Assembly: GCF_006345805.1 (NCBI RefSeq) | Contig: NC_043009.1 | Span: 45,136,001-45,200,000 of the forward strand | Reading direction: 5' to 3' | DNA from: Octopus sinensis | Taxonomy: Eukaryota | DNA: 64,000 nt | In this document: in pieces, positions 11,658-23,699 of the stretch | How the letters are laid out: the number at the start of each line of letters is the position of its first letter | Numbering within the stretch: the first letter of the stretch is position 1 | Program-made: the position numbers and the translations under genes | Notes under the pieces: model-generated | What the model was told of the DNA's origin: nothing | What the model saw: the letters and a program-made list of their open reading frames with translations, nothing else | The model's database searches: none

Positions 11658-12655
11658 ACCTGTGAATTTGCGTGTGTAATCTGGGAATACATACAATGAG
11701 TTTCTCTGCCCTAGGTGTAGAAACGGAAGAAAATTTGAAGAAAGAAGGAAAAAAAAACAATGATGATGATGATTATGATAATGATTTCTATAAAGGGCAC
11801 AATTTTTGAAGAACATAGGACTCCAGAACAAAAAGAACATCACATCTTACTGCAAGTTATTTTAGCACTTTTCTATATATTCAGACGTTTTAATGACAGT
11901 TTAAAAAAAATATATTTTGCAATTCGTAAATCTATACAACTCCACGCACAGTCCACTAAAGAGAAAGATTGGTGGTTAAAGCAGGAACTTATGTAAGACA
12001 GGATATTTTTGCTCAGCATTTAGTTTGAGGCATCTATTTTCTGAATTATCTGAGAATCATAAAAATAAGTGTCGGTATATTAATGAGGCTGATTCAATTG
12101 ACTGCAGCAATAGCACTACAAAAATTGACCATTATGCCTGGATAAAAGTAACCTATACATTCATGGTTGTTTTGTTCCACAAGAGTAAAATAAACGCAGG
12201 TATAGCAAAACTGCTTTTTCATATTTAAGATAGCAGAAAGGCCAATAAATTTAATTGGTGATGTATAATATGTAATTAAAACATATGTTGGTAGTTATAG
12301 CCAAAAATATTACCTACGTCTGCAACGAAATTGAATCTGCTTTTAGTTAAAACAATCTTCCTGTGGCCATGGTTTCCTCATTAGTATATATAATCCAGTT
12401 TCAAGCTTTGATATTTCATTGTTGAAATATTTTACTTATAAACGAGAAATACAGGCAATGTTAACAATGTATGGAAAAGTGCAGAAGCTTCAAGCATTCA
12501 TTTTCATTGAAGCCGACATTTTTTCTCCATCCTCGCTTTAATACGAATACGATACACGCTGTATTTCAACTAATTTATGGAACCATGTAAGATCGATGCT
12601 GGAATTTTGTAATTTTATTGCATTAAGTAACTCTTTGAACCGAAGATGAGAGAAA

Positions 12656-12656
<1 letters not shown>

Positions 12657-12720
<64 letters not shown>

Positions 12721-12742
12721 CCACACACACACACACACACAC
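12657..12742. repeat. (CA)n microsatellite
   Basis: Directly visible. Confidence 0.97.
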
Positions 12743-13775
12743 AATTCATAATTTGCAAATCTTGGATAGAATAGAACCAAAAGTTGGCATTGGAAATCGT
12801 ACCAATTCTCATCTGAAATGTCAAACTGCAACACCACAATGTCTAGATGACATGGGTAATATATTTCCTATATCTCATAACCAAATACAGTAGATGCAGA
12901 AAATACTTTTACTTTAGACTCCAGACAATCTAATATACAACATTAGAAAAATCTGAGAAAACATGGTGGAAGGAAGGACGGAAAGAAATTAACCATCCAC
13001 AAACCTTTACTGAAATAGTTGCTCGAAACACAAGACAACAGTGGTCTTTATGTTGTGTATGAGCTGAAACCAGTCATACTTAATCTCAGACCAAGCATCT
13101 GAAATGAAATACATTCTAAAGACCAATTCTTTCTGTGTAGATAATTTTTCTCCTGTTCCTCTCGTTTTGCTTTTGTTTTCACATTGTTTTAATCAGTTGA
13201 AACCTGATCCAATGTAGGAAACATGTTTTTGCCAAGAGCTGACGGTAATTCAGTCAAGGCATCAGTAAAATCTAAGGCAACCAGCGATAATGTGTGTCAG
13301 TAAATATTGAGTAAAAACAGTTCAAAAATGGAATAAATTCACCAGACAATTCCTCTTTCTCAGACAAAGGTGCCTGACAGAAACTATAGATTATTTCTCA
13401 TCCCATGGAAAATTAATTTATTCTGTTTTCATAATCCAATGCGTAAGACTATTGCATATCGTTTCGTTACACATCGTCTGTATTAATGTTAATTCCATGA
13501 CTTTGTCTAGTGTCGGTACTGCAGTTATAATTGAGAAGGCTGTGCATGTCTTCAGGTTATAACATTTGATACGGTGATATATTCCGCACGATAGCCATAC
13601 GTGATGTATTTTGGAGACCTCTGCACCCAAAGAGAGCCCGAAGACCACTCACTTACATTTATGTTATTGATAGAAACAGAAGGCATGAAACTGGGGGACT
13701 ACAAAAGCTTATGGAGTAGAGAAATTCCTGGCGCGGTTGAAATAAAAAAAAACCCAGTTTAAATAAAAAAAAAAT

Positions 13776-13954
13776 GGTGCAGGCGTTGCTGTGTGGTTAA
13801 GAAGCAGTTTGCTTCCCCTCCATGAGGCTTTGGATATAGTCTCATTGTGTGGCATCTTTGGCAAGTGTCTTCTGTTGTGGCACACGGCTGACCAGAGCTT
13901 TGCGAGTAGATTTGGTAGATGGAAACTGAAAGAATTTCGTAGTAATATATATAT

Positions 13955-14028
<74 letters not shown>

Positions 14029-14272
14029 ATGTATATGTATGTATGTATACATATATATATATATATATATATATATGTGCGTGTGTGTGTGTATGTATCT
14101 ATAGTGTGTGTTTGTGCTTATTCTCCACCACCACTGCATGACAGTCAGTTTTGGTTACTTCACATTCCCGTACCGATAACGAAAATAAGTACTGAGCTCA
14201 ATTTGTTCAACTAAAAATCCGCAAGACGACCCCAAGCATGATCGCTGTCCAATGATTGATATAAGTGAAGAA
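13776..14272 (+). mobile_element. SINE family B with an expanded internal (TA)n/(TG)n microsatellite
   Basis: Head ggtgcaggcgttgctgtgtggttaagaag...ggcaagtgtcttct...gatttggtagatggaaactgaaagaa, then TA/TG repeats, then a decayed tail. Same layout as 53511-53905. Confidence 0.85.
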
Positions 14273-14414
14273 TAAACGATGAAACGTTTCTTAATAAATT
14301 TATAACAAGTCTGATAATTAAAATCCATTCAACGAGATTGTAACCAGAAAATTAGAAATGAACTGGGAGGAATCTACTTATGTTAATCTAGGTCTTCTTT
14401 GTCCAGTTTCTTTT

Positions 14415-14533
14415 CTATCGACCCCGAAAGGATGAAAGACCTCTGCGAAATTTGAACCCAGACCGTAAAGACGGATGAAATGCCGCTAAGCATTATACCC
14501 TGTGTGGTAACGATTCTGCCAGCTCACTACCTT
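14415..14533 (-). mobile_element. SINE family A partial copy
   Basis: atcgaccccgaaaggatgaaag...aacgattctgccagctcac. Confidence 0.8.
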
Positions 14534-14539
14534 TGATTA

Positions 14540-14543
<4 letters not shown>

Positions 14544-14617
<74 letters not shown>

Positions 14618-15391
14618 CATCATCATCACAATAATAATAATGGTTTCAAATTTTTCCACAAGGGCAGCTATATTGGGGGAAGGGATAATTCGATTACTTC
14701 GACTGGAAGTACAAGGCCTCAAATTTGTGGGAAGGGATTAAGTCGATTACATCGACCCCAGTGCGTAACTGGTACTTATCTAATCTACCCCCGAAGTGTG
14801 AAAGTCAAAATCTACCTCGGCGGTATTTGAACTTAATGATGACGATGATAATAATAATAATAATAATAATAATAATAGAATTGACAGCACTACCGACAGC
14901 GACCAATGGAGAATGTGTTATGAGAGAGCGAGAGGGACGAAACGGCATGGCACATTGTTAACGAATGCCTAAAATTGGCACAACGCGAATACAATAGACG
15001 GTGGCAAGAATGATTGTTGTGGTGTATAAAAAAAAGAACATGTATAATAATCAATATAGCATGTCCTGGTGACAACTGGGTCAAAGAGAAAGAAGAAAAA
15101 CCGAACAACTACGACGATTGGAAGTAGGAAATATGAAGGTTGTGATCAATGAGGAGAGTAGACGTGATACCAATAGTAACTGGCGGACTTGGAAGTATCA
15201 GCACTCAGCTACCAACATGGCTCAAAAAGATTGATACACATGTAATGATAGGACACCTACAAAAATCAGCATTGCTTGGAACTGCAAGAATTCTTCGCAG
15301 GGTTCTTGAGGTATGACCAGCAAACACCTGTCCATGTGGACAGCTGACACTTTCCATCATACCCAGCAAATTAAGCTGAGAGTTTTCATGA

Positions 15392-15465
<74 letters not shown>

Positions 15466-16246
15466 TAATAATCATCATCATCACAATAATAATAATGGTT
15501 TCAAATTTTTCCACAAGGGCAGCTATATTGGGGGAAGGGATAATTCGATTACTTCGACTGGAAGTACAAGGCCTCAAATTTGTGGGAAGGGATTAAGTCG
15601 ATTACATCGACCCCAGTGCGTAACTGGTACTTATCTAATCTACCCCCGAAGTGTGAAAGTCAAAATCTACCTCGGCGGTATTTGAACTTAATGATGACGA
15701 TGATAATAATAATAATAATAATAATAATAATAGAATTGACAGCACTACCGACAGCGACCAATGGAGAATGTGTTATGAGAGAGCGAGAGGGACGAAACGG
15801 CATGGCACATTGTTAACGAATGCCTAAAATTGGCACAACGCGAATACAATAGACGGTGGCAAGAATGATTGTTGTGGTGTATAAAAAAAAGAACATGTAT
15901 AATAATCAATATAGCATGTCCTGGTGACAACTGGGTCAAAGAGAAAGAAGAAAAACCGAACAACTACGACGATTGGAAGTAGGAAATATGAAGGTTGTGA
16001 TCAATGAGGAGAGTAGACGTGATACCAATAGTAACTGGCGGACTTGGAAGTATCAGCACTCAGCTACCAACATGGCTCAAAAAGATTGATACACATGTAA
16101 TGATAGGACACCTACAAAAATCAGCATTGCTTGGAACTGCAAGAATTCTTCGCAGGGTTCTTGAGGTATGACCAGCAAACACCTGTCCATGTGGACAGCT
16201 GACACTTTCCATCATACCCAGCAAATTAAGCTGAGAGTTTTCATGA

Positions 16247-16293
<47 letters not shown>

Positions 16294-16297
16294 TAAT
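14544..16297 (+). repeat. 855-bp tandem duplication (two units) delimited by three (AAT)n arrays; each unit carries SINE A tails and an RLE 3' end
   Basis: Identical ORF pairs offset by 855 bp (14725/15580 and 14890/15745). The RLE end HLQKSALLGTARILRRVLEV* occurs in both units. Confidence 0.95.
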
Positions 16298-16740
16298 AAA
16301 TCACGCAATATTACCGGTCCTTGCGGTAAAAATTTCATGATACCTATTTGAAGCTAGATGGACTGGGTTAGGTGGGTCAAAAATGCAGTGTCTGTGACGA
16401 GACAGAAATAATGTTTTAGCTAGGTATCACAAACCTACCACGTTCGGCCAGCGGCAGCTATCAATGGCTACTCTACATAAAACCCTCAGCATTTAAAAGG
16501 TCTATTCTGCTTTCCTCTGCTAGATGTTAACACTTAAAGGACCCAAGCCTGTGTGAGTTCAGTGACTTGAGCTCAGACATCGTGCCGTGCAAGAGAAAGC
16601 TTAATCCTAAGACCAGCTGTTCGATTGTACTGAAATATGTCACTTAGCTACGTAGATGAGGCTAAATGTGCATGTCTGGTGTGGATGTGGTTTCCATTAG
16701 TATTAGTGATGATCGTGACGAACAAATCTATAGACAGAAA

Positions 16741-16976
16741 AGGCGGCGAGCTGGCAGAATCGTTAGCACGCCGGACGAAATGTTCAGCGGTATTTCGTCT
16801 CCCGTTACGTTCTGAGTTCGAATTCCGCCGAGGTCGACTTTGCCTTTCATCCTTTCGGGGTCGATAAATTAAGTACCAGTTACGCACTGGGGTCGATGTA
16901 ATCGACTTAATCCCTTTGTCTGTCCTTGTTTGTCCCTTCTTTGTTTAGCTCCTTGTGGGCAATAAAGAAATAAGAA
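16741..16976 (+). mobile_element. Full-length SINE family A
   Basis: aggcggcgagctggcagaatcgttagcacgccggacgaaat...gttcgaattcc...gcctttcatcctttcggggtcgataaattaagtaccag...gggcaataaagaaataagaaa. Confidence 0.95.
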
Positions 16977-17874
16977 ATTGAAATTGAAACCTATTTACAA
17001 AACTCAACACCCAATGAGGTCCTGTACATCCTTAGCCATTATCTTCCCATGGGTCATATATTACGAATCTTTCTTTGTAAGAAGCTTAGATGGAAAGCTC
17101 GATTAAATTTTTCTCTAGATGAATGATGTTTCTAATAATTCATATTCAAATTCTTTAACAGTTCCCTCGTGACAAAATGATGGCTGTAGACAGTTTCTCT
17201 ACACCAATTATTATCAACTTCCATTTGTTTTTGAGATTAAACATTTGAATATTTTTCTCGTTCAATTCTGTCTAAACACAATATTCAATATCACTTTATT
17301 GTTATTACTTCCAATTCTGGTTTATTAAGCAATGTCTAATTTGTAGCATCCTTGTAATTTCTCAGACTCAGACAGACAAAATACACGATGGAGTTGAACG
17401 TAGGTTTGTTTCTATCGTTTATATGTTGTTTTACAAGTAAATTCCATGCTATACAGAAATCGATAAGAATTTATAATTAAGAAAATAAGTTAATTTGATA
17501 TACAAATAAAAAAAGAGGAAAAGCACGTACAAAATATGCAAACATTCGCATATATGATTGTACGTACAGTACCTGGCATTGATGCTATATTTCTTTCAAC
17601 ATTCAAAGCCATCTTTCATGTTGAAAGCCAAATATATTTGCGCAGCCATGTTTGGCATAGTAGAATATTATTTTTTTATTGTAATTGCAACAGTCAGTAG
17701 AGCATGAAAAATTTAGAATTGGCAGTTTTGAAGATATTTTTCTTGAAGAAGTTGATTGAAGGCGTTTTATTATGCATGTGAATGAAATTACGTAACATTA
17801 CGTATATGATTTCAGTCAAATAAAACATTGCATGGTAGATGCACAATATGAAGATTTCGTTTTTATGTGGTTAG

Positions 17875-18070
17875 TTGCTTGTTTAGCACCAGGTCAGCCA
17901 TTATCGAGCAGGACTATGATCAAAGCTGTTCCATCTTCAACCAACCCGTAATTTTTTCCGCATTATTGTATCTAAGACACGATTATTCGTCCATCCATTT
18001 TTAAGAGAGCAGAGTGTTGTTGCAGCGAGGAAGAACTAGTAGTTATGAGTTGCAGCTCGAGCTGTCACGT
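17875..18070 (+). repeat. Old unclassified dispersed repeat; related decayed copies near 21035-21180 (+) and 18340-18600 (-)
   Basis: Shared tttag/tttaa..caggtca.. start, ttttaaga..g middle and similar layout. Similarity judged by eye only. Confidence 0.4.
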
Positions 18071-18210
18071 GAAGATATCATGAAGCCAAGAAATTACTTA
18101 TAGTCGGGTTTGAACACATCACTGCAAGCTAATAGGTATTACTTACAGGAATGAGGCTACATAACTCTATCTAAAGCTAAATGGTTAATGAATCCATCCA
18201 AACGAGGCAA

Positions 18211-18255
<45 letters not shown>

Positions 18256-19140
18256 CTCTTCCGAAATTGCTGGCCTAGTGGCAGAATTTGATATCGATGT
18301 TATATACAAATGATGGTGATACATTGAATGCCTTTCCCAATAAGCTGACTAGGAGCAAAATAACAACAACAACAACAAGACCATCAAATGTGGATATTAA
18401 GTCAATAATAGTGCTTTTACGTGATCATTCCACCTGCTATAAAATAATCTCCGAAATTCCCTCACAAATCTCACTCTAGTCTTTTAAATACTTTCTCAAA
18501 TTACGAAAGGCTACATTAGATAATGTAATAAAAACAATATATTTTAAAGACGAGAATGGGCATAGGGATGGCTGACCTAGTGTTAAATAATAACGCAACA
18601 ACAACAAATGATATTGTGGATATTGAATAAGGTTCACTTAATCATATAAAACACATGATGGGAAGAATAAAAACGTTGTCAGTGGCGCTGATGTATTGTT
18701 CATGTTTTCTCTTCGGCTTAAGTCATATAATTCCGCATGAATTCTTCCGAAACCCACAAATCTGACAGACAATATATTTGAATTCCTTAGAACATATAAA
18801 AAATAAACCAAATCAAAACAAGAACCTAACAAAAATGTCAGATTAGAAACTTCATGACATGGATTATTCCCTCAAGTTGTTTTTACAACATTTCATGCAT
18901 TATCGGAGCTACAAGCAAAATTATTTATCAGATGACACGTGGAATCGAACTAACTTTCCAGCTGCTTATTTGATTCCGATATTTCAGGCTACATTGATGA
19001 TATCGATTAAATATTCAGAATTAATGTGAGATTAAATGTTTTCCTCTAATACAAGATTAAATTTCCTCCGCAGCTACATGGTTTTACTGGTAGCGTGTTT
19101 GTCTAACATAACGGAGCTATCTTCGTCTACATAATAGAAC

Positions 19141-20216
19141 TATGAGATGCTTTCACAAAGTATCAAATCTTTGTGCATAAAGAAAAAAAAAAACCAATTT
19201 TGTACATTTCACAGATTTCATCTAAACACCTTCAAAATACTTCTCCTTGCGGTTCTGCCACTTCTGGTAACTCCTCTAGAAGGGGTTGTCCCTGTAAAAC
19301 TAAGGAGTTCTGCCGTTAAGTTTGTCATAATTTACTCAAATCACTTCCATTTCAGCATGGTTTTCAGATTGGGGAAAAACCAGAAGTCGCACGATGCCAA
19401 GTTGGAGCCATAGGGACTTTGTGGAACAAGTGGTGTGTTGTTCTTGAGCAGGAAATCTTGGATTATGTGGGCGGAATGAGCGGGCGCATTGCCGTGGAGA
19501 AGTTGTCAATCCTTTGCCGCCCACACGTCCGGTCACTTTCGACGCACAGCGTCACAAAGGCGTCGTATAACCCCCAGGAATAATTCCTTGTTGATTGTTT
19601 GGTCTTGTGATGTGTACTCATGATACACTTTACTACAGGAATCAAAGAAACAGCTCAACATTAATTTCACGCTGCTGCGACTCTATCGTGATTTTTTTTT
19701 TCCTCAGTGATGACGGATGCTTCCATTGGGAGGACTGGAATTTGGTTTTCGGGCCGTAATTATAAACCCATGTCTCATCACCTTTGATGATGATCTTCAT
19801 GAAATCTGGGTCGTGGTTTGCTCAGTCCAGCATATCATGATTGATTTCCATGCGGAGTTGTGTCTGTTGCTCCACCAACATTTTGGGGACGAATTTTGCC
19901 TACACTCCTCATAACATCAACCCCCAAAGGCCTACCGAATCTTCAGGATAGTTTGTGATTGAGTACCATAAGCTTTTGGCAAAACTTGATGCAATATCTC
20001 TACTCGATGTGTTCGATCATCTTGCGTGAAAACGAAAATCCGACGAGCGCGCACTCGGCGTAAGAGTCGGAAACTTACACGACCTAGCGGCGCGAAAGTT
20101 TTCACGCATGCGCAGAAAGGGTGGCGTCATCTCCCATCTAAAGGATTTTCCATTCACGGCATTAGTTTTGGCAGGAAAAAAAATCAAAGTTTAATACTTT
20201 TTGAACTCGCCTCGTA
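19141..20216 (-). mobile_element. Mariner (Tc1/mariner) transposon relic, internally deleted
   Basis: Minus strand: IIKGDETW, VYHEY...QTINKE, LLHGNAPAH, PYGSNLASCDFWFFPNLK. Degenerate TIRs tatgagatgctttcacaaagtat and atactttttgaactcgcctcgta. Confidence 0.88.
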
Positions 20217-20327
20217 CATTCTTCTCTTGTGTTTTCTCTCATTCTGCAATAGAACAAAGATGAGATATTCCCACTGATAAATCACTCTAAAGAGACAAGT
20301 TTTCACTTCAGGTATATTTATTTACAT

Positions 20328-20717
20328 GTGGAGGTGCAATGGCCCAGTGGTTAGGGCAGCGGACTCGCGGTCGTAGGATCGCGGTTTCGATTCCCAGACC
20401 GGGCGTTGTGAGTGTTTATTGAGAGAAAACACCTAAAGCTCCACGAGGTTCCAGCAGGGGATGGTTGTGATCCCTGCTGTACTCTTTCACCACAACTTAC
20501 TCTCACTCTTACTTCCTGTTTCTGTTGTACCTGTATTTCAAAGGGGCCGGCCTTGTCACTCTCTGTGTCACGCTGAATATCCCCGAGAACTACGTTAAGG
20601 ATACACGTGTCTGTGGAGTGCTCAGCCACTTACACGTTAATTTCACGAGCAGGCTGTTCCGTTGATTCGGATCAACCGGAACCCTCGTCGTCGTAACCGA
20701 CGGAGTGCTTCCATCCC
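20328..20717 (+). mobile_element. Full-length SINE family C (long-tail type), 12-bp TSD
   Basis: ATTTATTTACAT at 20316-20327 and 20718-20729. tRNA-like head. Near-identical inverted copy at 28089-28478. Confidence 0.95.
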
Positions 20718-21450
20718 ATTTATTTACATATCTATTTCCATTCTATAAACATTTTTGCAGTAGGCACGGCTTTAAATACAAGATATTTTGTTTTTGGTAA
20801 TATGGATAGTCATTACAAGTGGTTTGCTAAAAACGACCTTAATATAACAATAAGAATAGACATTTTAAAATATAATTTATTTGCTATGTGATAACAAATG
20901 TGGTTGCATCGTGATAAAGTGGATTTTAATATTTCGAGCAAGTCCCTTGATCTTTTCTTCGTCGATGAAAGAACTAGTCGAAAAAGTTAGTTTCTGTTTC
21001 ATTTTGTTACTATTGTGTTGTTTTTGTTGTTGCTATTTAAACCTAGGTCATTCCTGTTTGTCAGATACGGTGTATCAAGGAATACATGAGATACTGTATT
21101 CAGTTCCTTTTTAAGATAGTGGAATGCGATTCAAGGGGATTAGGCTCTTATTTCTAGTGACTGCATTGAGACTCCATTATCGATTTGTGTATTTCGTTCT
21201 ATAGGGAGGCTAAACCTTTCGTTTGAAAAGCATTTCTTCATCTTTAAAGAAAGCTAAATTCAGTTGTGCAAGCTGTTAACACTATCAACAATCATACAGT
21301 CTTATAATCGCACACAATTGTAGGCTGAGTGAAGACTATCAATCTATAAATATTAACTTACAACTACGTGCATTGATTCATTGTAAATTTATATCTATGT
21401 TGACACTGTAAATTTATCAAACTATAGTTACTTACATTGGGCCATTGCAA

Positions 21451-21557
<107 letters not shown>

Positions 21558-21687
21558 CTTTTAACAATAGTATGCTGGTAATACAATACCAAAGGTTTTA
21601 TGCGCATAAATTCGCAATTATTCAATTGTAGCTTTAATATTAGTGGCAGCCCGGCCATCTTATAAGACGTGAGTGCGACCGAAATAG

Positions 21688-21891
21688 CAAACGAGATTTC
21701 TTGCGATGATACATGGTACCAAGACAAAGGATTAATTAAGTGAGCGAAGGGAAGCAATCATGTGACCGGTTAGTAATGATATACAACACCAGGGAAGTGC
21801 CTGAATGATTGCTCCTTCCTCTACCGATTTAGTTAACTTTTTGTCCTGGTACTATGTACTACCGCACCAAATCTCGCCTGAAATCTCGTTG
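21688..21891. repeat. Imperfect palindrome (arms about 70-80 bp), MITE-like
   Basis: 21692-21761 cgagattt..gcg..tacatggtaccaagacaaa..agcaatcat is the inverse of 21805-21876 atgattgct..tttgtcctggtactatgta..cgc..aaatctcg. Confidence 0.8.
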
Positions 21892-22290
21892 TCGAGCTGT
21901 CAGAACTATTCAAACTATGATCGAATAATTGTAAGTTAAGTAATGGTTATCTCTTCTTTCTGACTTTCTATTGCATCTATAATAGATTCTGTTCCTCGGA
22001 GCTGGTTTGTCTCGTAACTTCTCCGTACACGCACACCCGACCTACTTACCTCTTCATCTCTCGTCACCCTTATTGTGTTACAACGTTAGGGCTTGCACTA
22101 ATCACTTGGCACAGTTCTTTCTTCCAAAATATCCGTCCTTTGGAATCATCTTCCACTGTTGTCTTAAGTGCAGGTTTTAACTTGTGCAAGTTTTGATTTG
22201 CCAGTGGTCCTTAACCATTTTTGCCCATGGACCTCTTTGATTACAATTTTATCCTAGTGGATCCCCGTAGCCACTGGATGTTTAAAAGGT
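21892..22290 (+). mobile_element. Decayed 3' end of a CR1/L2/Jockey-group LINE ORF2
   Basis: Translates to FYCIYNRFCSSELVCLV...HPYCV...SFF...LWNHLP, typical of the C-terminus after the RT in these LINEs. Confidence 0.6.
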
Positions 22291-22470
22291 AGTTTTATAC
22301 ATATAGTTTTATACATACTTCTTTCAAAATTCCTATTTTGGTCTTCACACATTAACTTATATAGGTTGAACTTTGTAAAACATTAGAGAGAAAAACTCAG
22401 CTGTTTCTTGTAATAAATGGTGAAGATGCCGACGACCGCTTTGTTCAAAGCCTCCCTGGACCTCAAGTGG

Positions 22471-22624
22471 CCTGAACTCTTTACATGAACACCACCATGT
22501 ACTTAACTCCATGTCCCCCTACATGGCCTTGCTATTTGCTTTTGAGCCCTGAACTCTTTACATGAACACTACCCTGTACTTAACTCCATGTCCCCCTACA
22601 TGGCCTTGCTATTTGCTTTTGAGC
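22471..22624 (+). repeat. 77-bp tandem duplication
   Basis: cctgaactctttacatgaacac...gctatttgcttttgagc occurs twice (22471 and 22548) with about 2 mismatches. Confidence 0.95.
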
Positions 22625-22719
22625 CAAATTAACTAACTAACTAACTAAATACATCAAATGCAAAATTTTTCCATTGATCCTTAACTTACTGCTGTGAATC
22701 CCCAATCTGTTATTTTGCT

Positions 22720-22786
22720 AGTGTGGGCCCTCCCAAATTTTATATGAGATCTCAGGGTCCATACGGCCCCCGGTTGTGAACCACTG
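22720..22786. mobile_element. hAT-like terminal fragment
   Basis: Ends cccccggttgtgaaccactg, the reverse complement of a cagtggttc.caacc terminus also seen at 35405. Confidence 0.55.
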
Positions 22787-23136
22787 CTTTAAGCAGAACA
22801 TTAGGGACATAAAATCTCGGAAAACATACAAGATTATGGGGCATTGCCCCTTCCACCATATATAACAGTTAAAACAAAACCAAAAAAGCAAAAATCAGAA
22901 AAACAAACAAACAAACAAACTAGGTGTATGCAATAACACGACTCGTCGACCTTCTTACTATAAATCATGTCATGTTTCCACTCAGTTTCTCTTTGTTTTG
23001 CGAAATTATAACTTTATAAATATTCAGAGCAGGAGTAATTTCATTTCCGATCGTATTTAACACGCACGTGCCACCCACCGCCATAAACACGCACACACAC
23101 ACGCACGCACGCACGCACACACACACACACATACAT

Positions 23137-23420
23137 CTGCTTGCTTAATCTATATTTTATAACTTGTCTCTCTTTGTTATATATCCATGACCTTTATCTT
23201 TTCATCCCAACCCCACGCACAAGCTTCACTCATCAGCCTCTTTATTAGTTGGTAAATCATGATTCCAGGGTTTTGCACGTAATGTAAATAATGGCTGCTG
23301 GTTTGGGAACGCTTTATTTGTTTAACAAAAGTTTTCCGTTTATTTGCTATGAACAGAGAAGAGATCAATGGTTTGTTAAGGTATTGCTTCTTGTAAATCT
23401 CTTATCTGCTTCTGACACAT
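23137..23420 (-). other. Candidate exon of a minus-strand transcript (non-coding/UTR or short terminal exon)
   Basis: Strong acceptor ttttcctttctctttctttttctcttgcag ending at 23421, donor-like gtgagt/gtaagt about 200 bp upstream (23610-23628), unique non-TE sequence. No long ORF. Confidence 0.3.
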
Positions 23421-23699
23421 CTGCAAGAGAAAAAGAAAGAGAAAGGAAAACGCAAAAATAAAATACTGAATATTTGCATTCATGATCTAATAGCTGGAAG
23501 GCGTTTTCTAACTCCTTAAAACCTGTTTAGTACATGAGCTCTCAGAGAGAACAAGCGAGGAATAATTTTACAGTTACTTGCGGAGGGAGTGTCTTCTTAT
23601 TCTTCTTGTACTTACTGTACTCACTCACAATATCCTATCGATTTATTTACATACTTAAGGATTTGAGCACACATACTTAGACATCGCACTTTCTTTACA

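Noticed and set aside
16330-16720. Slightly GC-richer segment as an exon or TE
   Set aside because: No ORF, splice pair or motif I can support.
20328-20410. tRNA-like sequence as a tRNA gene
   Set aside because: It is the head of a multi-copy SINE with a long body and TSD, and has no clean cloverleaf end.
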